Shown: positions 57,333 to 64,000 of the stretch, piece after piece
Position numbering within the stretch: position 1 is the stretch's first letter
Layout of the letters: the number at the start of each line of letters is the position of its first letter
NCBI GenBank assembly: GCA_020137815.1
Contig: CM035356.1
Coordinates: forward strand, 4,340,001 to 4,404,000
Direction: 5' to 3'
From: Hormiphora californensis
Taxonomy: Eukaryota; Animalia; Ctenophora
DNA: 64,000 nt
Notes under the pieces: generated by a model
The model's database searches: none
Told to the model about the DNA's origin: nothing
What the model saw: only the letters and a program-made list of their open reading frames with translations
Made by a program: the position numbers and the translations under genes

Positions 57333-59239
57333 CTGTTCCTTAACTTCGGTTTTCTCCTCGGCAGGTACTCTAGAGGGAGTCTCCGTGACCACCGGGGGAG
57401 CGGGCCTGCTCTTGGCATGTTCCATAGGCCTTCCATCCACGGGTCTACTTTCAGAACTGGCAGGTGGTTGGGTTGATCTACGAGCTGCCGCCTCAGAGCT
57501 GGCTGGTGGTTGGGTCGATCTACGAGCTGCCGCCTCAGTGGTCGCCCTATTTCGCAGTACATCTCGCTGTGTGTCTCTTTGGAACTTCTGACGCTCCCTC
57601 ATTGGCTGTAATGAGTCTTTGATCGCCTGGGGAGGGAGGGGTGTTAGAGGCTGTAATGAGTCTTTAATCGCCTGGGGAGGGAGGGGTGTTAGAGGCTGTA
57701 ATGAGTCTTTAATCGCCTGGGGAGGGAGGGAGGGGTGTTAGAGGTTGTAATGAGTCTTTAATCGCCTGGGGAGGGAGGGAGGGGTGTTAGAGGTTGCAAT
57801 GAGTCTTTAATCGCCTGGGGAGGGAGGGGTGTTAGAGGCTGTAATGAGTCTTTAATCGCCTGGGGAGGGAGGGGTGTTAGAGGTTGTAATGAGTCTTTAA
57901 TCGCCTGGGGAGGGAGGGATGTTAGAGGCTGTAATGAGTCTTTAATCGCCTGGGGAGGGAGGGAGGGGTGTTAGAGGCTGTAATGAGTCTTTAATCGCCT
58001 GGGGAGGGAGGGGTGTTAGAGGTTGTAATGAGTCTTTAATCGCCTGGGGAGGGAGGGGTTGGAGTGAGGGATGATCTGCCGAATTATGAAATGTGGGCTA
58101 CACAAAGGGGAGGTGTCGTGATTTAAGAAGGTGTGTAACAGTTGTGGAAGATACGATGGTAAGAGTCCACCTGGGTATGCAGAGAAATAGTGAAGGAGAA
58201 TACATTTCCTCTCCGGAGAAGCATTGTATGTTTGAGATAGTTTAGCGAAAGAGAGGGGGGAGCGTAATGGCCCTATTTTGTAACGTGATAGTCTCTCTTG
58301 GGAGGGAGTTAGTGAGAGAGAGAGAGGAAGAGAGAGAGAGGAAGAGAGAGGTAGAGCAATTAGACTATCGTGTGTACATCATTTAGGGGGGGGGGGCAGC
58401 AGATAGCAACTGGTGCCAAACTCTGTGTATCAGCGATAACAAAGTAACAGAGATGATATTTCACCACAATGACAATAAAAGTTAGTGAAAGAGTATTGAT
58501 GATTCACTGAATTATAGCTACATTGTTGCTCTCAAATTCAATACCTTGTTGGCAGGGTGATTTTCCTTGGTGGGCGTGGTGGCAAGATATGCATCTGTCC
58601 TATATGCTTTCTTCAGCTCCAGTATCTTGACACTTGAACCCTGGAATTCACCAGTTAGGAAATATGTTTGAGAGAAGGTGTATAAATATACTGGTGGCCC
58701 CATCCATCATTATATCTTATAGAGCTAAACACACACACACGGGAGCTAGAACACACACACGAAACATGTTAGACAAATTGCTTACTTCATCCTGCCTGTA
58801 CTCAGTTAGCGTGGAGAGGTAGCTCTTAAAGAGGCCTTTGTTTCGCTCTGAAATGTTAATAAAATAATTACATACGTTAATAAAATAATTGCTTTTATTT
58901 TAACATTCTGCAGACAAATTGAGAGAAGTAACTATTGTTCAAGGAAGTTTATGAACAACCTGATTGCCTAGCTAGACTCTGTTTAGGAGGGTTAGAACAT
59001 AACAACAAACAGATACATACATGAAATTCCATCAATTAAGCTTCTATTAGTTGATGGAAGTGTATGCCTTAATTGTATCCTCCCTAAAGATCTCACTATA
59101 ATATGGAGCAACACACAATACCTTTATTAGCGGGGTCCTTGAGGAATGGTTGAAACTCCCTGACTATCTCTTGACTCGTAACTGTGCCACCCTTTGACAG
59201 GATGTAGTTACGAAGTAAATCAAGTGACACGCTCTCCAT
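57333..59239 (-). CDS. SOWAH (sosondowah ankyrin family)-like gene, first four coding exons (59239-59122, 58847-58786, 58640-58545, 57626-57333); 3' part unresolved
   Basis: Phase-compatible GT-AG exons give MESVSLDLLRNYILSKGGTVTSQEIVREFQPFLKDPANKERNKGLFKSYLSTLTEYRQDEGSSVKILELKK, resembling the SOWAH N-terminal winged-helix domain. Possible later exon at ~55338-55384 (DEEYKSRSIPVSLAE). No ankyrin exon found. Confidence 0.7.
57604..58060 (-). repeat. 45/49-bp tandem repeat x10; each unit holds a branch point, pyrimidine tract, AG and the first ~22 nt of exon 4
   Basis: Minus-strand unit tctaacacccctccctccccAG|gcgattaaagactcattacagcc. Confidence 0.92.
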
Positions 59240-60781
59240 TGCTCATCGCTATAACAGGGGGTGCTTTATACGAGATGGAAACGTGTGTTATGTTCTAACC
59301 CTAATTTACATTTGTAAAATGTCGCGGGACTCTGTTTAAGTTTAAGTTTATGCACAATTTATCACAAAGTCACACACATTAATATCTAACTTCGTCCCGC
59401 TCTTACACCATACACCAATAAAAGTGATACAAGGCTGAGAGGTGAAAATATACAGTTCACATCAGCGGTTTCCTAAAGCGGTTTAAACAATACTTAGAGA
59501 CAGTGAAACATATCCTAGTAGCATTGGATGCACAAAAACGAGGAACAATGGAAAATAGAAAACTGAAACAAGGTGATGAACAAACAAAACAAGCAGACAG
59601 ACATAAAAACAGATTAAAAACAGATTAAACACAAAGTCACAGACGCAAAACACAACATCAACAGTCAATACAAAACGGTTAATGCAAAAACATGATAACA
59701 AACTTACAAGCACATTCACAGACAAACAAACAATCACAAACACATATACACAGATTCGGTAATAAATTATAAATTAGCTGTCCTTCAAACACACACTCAC
59801 TGAAGAGTCCTTGACAAGTTTTTTTATCGAGAAAAACGTATTGAGAAAAACGGTATGTATGGGTCTTCTTTCTTCATTCTTCGGCATAAAACTCAGCCAA
59901 TCTGGAACCTCAGCTACTCAAACTCTGCTAAACAACTCAGAGGCCAGAAAATGTTAACAATTTACACAAAATGCACACTTGAAAATATTAACTCATTGAC
60001 TCAGTCATGGGTGGTCCCTCTACTAAGTCTCAGGTAGATGTAGGAAGGAATGGTGTAGAAAGTAGGAAGGGATGTAGGAAGGAATATTGGAAGGAATGGT
60101 GCAGAATAGAGACAGTAGGTCATAGGTGGGATGTAAGGGAGCTGGAGAGAGGGTCTGGAAGAAGAGACAGCACCCAGGACACGGGAAACCCAGGAACGAA
60201 CCAGGTAAGGACAGGGAGGCAGACTATTTAGTTCCAGGAAGAAATGATGTAGGATTGAGAAAGCAGGTCATAGGTGGGATATAGGAGAGCTGGAGTGTGT
60301 TGGTCTGGAAGTAGGGCGTGGTGGCAATGGTAGCGAGAGACAGCAGACAGGTCACGAGAACCTAGGTACGAACCAGGTAAGGACAGGGAGGTAGACTATT
60401 TAGTTCCAGGAAGAATTGATGTAGGATTGAGAAAGCAGGTCATAGGTGGGATATAGGGGAGCTTGAGCGTGTTGGTCTGGAAGTAGGGCGTGGTGGCAGT
60501 GATAGCGAGAGACAGCAGACAGGACACGGGAACCCAGGAACGAACCAGGTAATGCCAAGGGAGGGATCTATTTCCCAAAAGTTGTGAAACAGGATCAAAT
60601 TTAGAACCGCATGCAAGGAATAGTATAGGCAAGGAATAATGAAGCGTTTATGTGCGGAGCTGGAGCCTGGGGGAAAACAACGGATTTACTGTGAAGTTAG
60701 CTGGACTGGGTGCCCAGGAAATTATGCGGGTAGATTTGTGCCGGGAAGATGGTGCGGTGCTGATAGAATGCCGAGTGAGGT

Positions 60782-63727
60782 TTATTCAGGTCCATAAGCC
60801 AAAGTAAACATATGGGTTTTCAAGGCCTTTTTAAACATCGGCAAGGTTTCCGTGGTTCGAATTTCTTTAGGTAGGCGATTCCAGATCCTCGGAGCAGCTA
60901 TACTAAAAGCTCTCTCAGTGGTTTTGTAGTTGTAGTTACTGTGTACCTCTTCCAGTCTTGTCGTGTCACAGTCGACTCTTAAACTCATCGGTTTTTGTTT
61001 CCGTCTTTGCAGCATTTCTGATATGTATCCAGGCGTCCCATTATTCAGGGATTTGTATACCATCATACAGATCTTATATTCTATTCTGTGTCTAACAGGT
61101 AGGAAGTGGGATTTTTTCCGTAGATCTGTTACACCACGTCTGCTACGTTTACCATGGACAAAGCGAGTGGCAGAGTTCTGTAGCTTCTGAAGACGCTTCA
61201 CATCCTTGTCTTTGAGACCTATCAGTAGAGCGCTACAATAATCAATTTTTGAGTGTATAAGTGAGTTCACAAGTTGGGTCTTTTGCTTTTTGTTCAGTTT
61301 GCCTGCAATTCTCCACATGTTGACGAGTTGGTAGTTGCACGACTGAACAACTCTGGAGACGTGCTGGGACATCGTGAGTTCGCTATCGATCATGACGCCG
61401 AGATTCTTAGCAACTGGTTTGACTTCCGTTTCTTCTTGTACAATGTTCAGTGTGGCATCACTGGTAGATTTATCCCATTTGTTTCGTAGGATAAGAACTT
61501 CTGTTTTATCCGGATTCAACTTCAACAGGTTCTGTGTCATCCAGAGACGAATGTGAGACACGCAGCTCTGAACTTTCTTTATCACATCATCGAAAGTTTC
61601 TGGGGTGAAAGCTATCGAAAGTTGAGAATCATCCGCATACATGTGCAGGCTGAGACCATATAGTTCCGCTATTTTCTGTAGATCTCTGGTGTAGAGTATG
61701 AACAAGAGGGGCCCCAGGATGGAACCCTGAGGAACACCAATGCTGATAGACTTTGCTTCTGACTCGACCGAACCTATCTTTACTCTAGCTGTTCGATTAG
61801 TAAGATATGATTCAATCCAGCTCAATACCTTTCCAGTCACTCCATAATCATGTTTCAGGCGGTGTAGTATCTTGGCATGAGATATGGTGTCAAAGGCCGC
61901 TGAAAGGTCCAGAAGAACTAGGATGACCTTGGTCTTTTTATCCAGCTGCACAAGTATGTCGTTTACTATCTTGATAGTGGCCGTTTCACAGCTATGTTTC
62001 GAGCGATAAGCAGATTGAACTTCACTGAACAGTCCATTACTCTCCACGTAGTCAGTAAGCTGGTCAGCGACGCATTTCTCCAGGACCTTCGAGATGAACG
62101 AAAGGTTTGAGATTGGTCGATAACTATTAAGTTCATCAGGGTCTAGGTCACTGTTTTTGTATGATGGTCGAATAACAGCAGACTTTAAGCTATCAGGGAC
62201 TTCTCCTTTTGTGAGACTGGTGTTCACAATCTTAGACACTATTGGAATGAGGGCTGGAAAAGCATCGTTGACAAATGAAGTTGGCATAGGGTCCAGGGTA
62301 CAGTGTTTCTTGTTCATAGCACGGACAGTAGCAGCCAGCATCGAATCGGAGACAGGTTGAAATTTCGCAAACTTTGGCAACTCTGCATCTGTTTCTAGTC
62401 GCGGTGTCAGTTCAGGAAGATCGGCTGTGAAATCCGGATCAAGCTGAATTTTCTCATAGATTGCCTCGATCTTGGAAGTGAAAAAGTCGATCATCCGGTC
62501 TGGAAGCCCATCTGGATCGTCAGTGGAGGGGAGTTGGGTCGGCGTCTTTTCCTTTCCGAGCAGGTGGTTTAGGATTTGATACAACGCAGCATGATTTCCG
62601 TCTGCTGCCTCTAGACGCTGTTGGAAGAATTCTCTTCTGGTGCGATTGAATACAGTTTTAGTAAACCGGATCTCAGCTATGAACAACTTTTCAGCTATTA
62701 GAACTTTTTCGTGGCAGACTGGTTTGTTCTTTTGCTTCTGTTTAAGGGCTTTCTTGTACGCTGACTTGTACTTCCGCTCTGCTTTTCGGCGTTTGTGTAG
62801 AGCATCATAGCACTCTTGACTAAACCAGGGGGGCTTAGAGGATTCCGAAACAACTTTATCCTCAATCGGTGCTAACTGGTCAAGTATGTCTTCAAGTATG
62901 GTGTTATACAGTTTGACACATTCATCGACTGATTCAGGAAGCGGAGATTGACACAGTTTTGATTTCAGAATCATATCCCGCACCAATTCAGTAGAGACTC
63001 GTTTCATCGAGCGGCCAGTGATCATTTTCTTATGTTTGATCCCGTTTGCTGAGCCACAATGCATTTTGAAGTCAACTAAGAAGTGGTCGGGTACTTCAGG
63101 GGTAGGTGTGACATTCAAAGAATCAAGAAGTGGGACATCTTTTGTCAGTACTAGATCAAGGGTGCCCCCGTGGAGGTGAGTCGGTTCTCGAACATGCTGT
63201 ATCCAACAATGATCCTCAAGTATTTGCAAGAAACTTTGGGCGAATGGACAGAGCAGTTTTTCCACGTGAACATTAAAGTCACCAGTTATCAGATGATGTC
63301 CAGACTTCGATGAAAACACTGAAAGAAACTCCTCGAACTCCTCAAGGAAGATCGCCTGTTTGGAAGAATCAGGGGGACGGTAGATAACAGCAACTCTCGT
63401 CAGGTCTATTCCAGGTCCATCAAGTATTGCTTCCAGCAACTCAAAGCTCGAGAAGACTTTACGAGATTTACATCGTTTCACTTTTAGTTCTTTCCTGTAA
63501 ACAATGGCAACTCCACCACCTCTGCTACCGCGAGGAACACTGAGCAGCTTGTAGGGGAATTCTTCTATCTCCTTTGATAGAGCAGATTCTTTTGGAGATA
63601 GCCAAGATTCGGTTACACACATCACATCTATTTCCTGATCCATAGTTAGTACCAAGACTTCCTCTGTTTTGTTGCGAATCGAGCAGCAGTTGATGTTTCC
63701 GAAACTAAGAGAGGGAACTTTAGACAT
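60782..63727 (-). CDS. LINE ORF2: AP endonuclease plus reverse transcriptase, 981 aa, intact
   Basis: CVTESWL, RGGGVA, IYRPP, GDFN, TLDL, DH; YRPISNL, QSAYR..HS.ET, LDLSAAFD, GVPQGSILGP, YADD. Confidence 0.95.
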   Translation of the reverse strand: MSKVPSLSFGNINCCSIRNKTEEVLVLTMDQEIDVMCVTESWLSPKESALSKEIEEFPYKLLSVPRGSRGGGVAIVYRKELKVKRCKSRKVFSSFELLEAILDGPGIDLTRVAVIYRPPDSSKQAIFLEEFEEFLSVFSSKSGHHLITGDFNVHVEKLLCPFAQSFLQILEDHCWIQHVREPTHLHGGTLDLVLTKDVPLLDSLNVTPTPEVPDHFLVDFKMHCGSANGIKHKKMITGRSMKRVSTELVRDMILKSKLCQSPLPESVDECVKLYNTILEDILDQLAPIEDKVVSESSKPPWFSQECYDALHKRRKAERKYKSAYKKALKQKQKNKPVCHEKVLIAEKLFIAEIRFTKTVFNRTRREFFQQRLEAADGNHAALYQILNHLLGKEKTPTQLPSTDDPDGLPDRMIDFFTSKIEAIYEKIQLDPDFTADLPELTPRLETDAELPKFAKFQPVSDSMLAATVRAMNKKHCTLDPMPTSFVNDAFPALIPIVSKIVNTSLTKGEVPDSLKSAVIRPSYKNSDLDPDELNSYRPISNLSFISKVLEKCVADQLTDYVESNGLFSEVQSAYRSKHSCETATIKIVNDILVQLDKKTKVILVLLDLSAAFDTISHAKILHRLKHDYGVTGKVLSWIESYLTNRTARVKIGSVESEAKSISIGVPQGSILGPLLFILYTRDLQKIAELYGLSLHMYADDSQLSIAFTPETFDDVIKKVQSCVSHIRLWMTQNLLKLNPDKTEVLILRNKWDKSTSDATLNIVQEETEVKPVAKNLGVMIDSELTMSQHVSRVVQSCNYQLVNMWRIAGKLNKKQKTQLVNSLIHSKIDYCSALLIGLKDKDVKRLQKLQNSATRFVHGKRSRRGVTDLRKKSHFLPVRHRIEYKICMMVYKSLNNGTPGYISEMLQRRKQKPMSLRVDCDTTRLEEVHSNYNYKTTERAFSIAAPRIWNRLPKEIRTTETLPMFKKALKTHMFTLAYGPE

Positions 63728-63729
63728 AT

Positions 63730-64000
63730 CTAGTTTTTTGCCTGTTCTTCAATGAGGGATAGACGGAATGGGCACAGCCGTTCTCCACTGTGATGATCTC
63801 TGGCTCGTGTTTTAAAAGTTTGAGACTTGTTGCAATTGACACAGAACTTCTTATCTCGGTTAGTACAGGTTTTTACATCGTGGTCTTCACCGCAGAGTTT
63901 ACATACCAGAACAGTGCTAGTACAGTCCGCTGTTTTGTGTTTAAACCCATGACACTTGAAACACTGGGGCACATGAAATCGCTCAACTACATTCAGTCGG
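63730..64000 (-). CDS. LINE ORF1 C-terminus with gag-like CCHC zinc knuckles (5'-partial)
   Basis: CFKCHGFKH....C, CKLCGEDH....C, CVNC...H......C; the stop lies 2 nt before the ORF2 ATG. Confidence 0.85.
   Translation of the reverse strand, partial: RLNVVERFHVPQCFKCHGFKHKTADCTSTVLVCKLCGEDHDVKTCTNRDKKFCVNCNKSQTFKTRARDHHSGERLCPFRLSLIEEQAKN

Larger units (their letters stand above)
59334..64000 (-). mobile_element. Young L2/CR1-group LINE running off the window: ORF1 end, intact ORF2, ~1.45-kb 3' UTR, (TAAACT)n tail
   Basis: See the two ORFs below; tail taaacttaaacttaaac at 59350-59334 (3' end inferred); ~180-bp internal repeats at ~60110-60575. Confidence 0.85.

Overview
Eukaryotic (animal) genomic DNA rich in introns, microsatellites and transposons. 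The GPCR type and unpaired splice acceptors just before start codons suggest a ctenophore (inference). (1) 1297-26732 (-): a complete 15-coding-exon APPBP2/PAT1-like TPR gene (665 aa, reconstructed by hand with consistent GT-AG phases). Its 6.3-kb intron 5 holds a 1.6-kb GGCGCC-rich foldback transposon (8-bp TSD) and two tandem opposite-strand rhodopsin-class GPCR genes. (2) ~31.07-44.8 kb (+): a giant Helitron-group-2-like element. Its four ORFs rejoin into one ~3,700-aa protein: basic 26-aa repeats, DUF6570-like region, 12.5 x 35-aa SQ/TQ-rich repeat, CxxC modules, HUH Rep, PIF1 helicase and a C-terminal Ulp1/C48 protease. The ORF is split by three different TIR elements stacked at one TATA site and by two 1-nt frameshifts. 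(3) 45.3-52.4 kb: an error-rich partial duplicate of the helicase region joined to a CR1-group LINE, then a 100-N gap with low-quality flanks. (4) 57.3-59.2 kb (-): 5' exons of a SOWAH-like gene. (5) 59.3-64.0 kb (-): an L2/CR1-group LINE with intact ORF2. A recurring oddity is tandem repeats seeded exactly on splice junctions, multiplying donors, acceptors and branch points. All family assignments come from motif recognition by eye; no database search was run.
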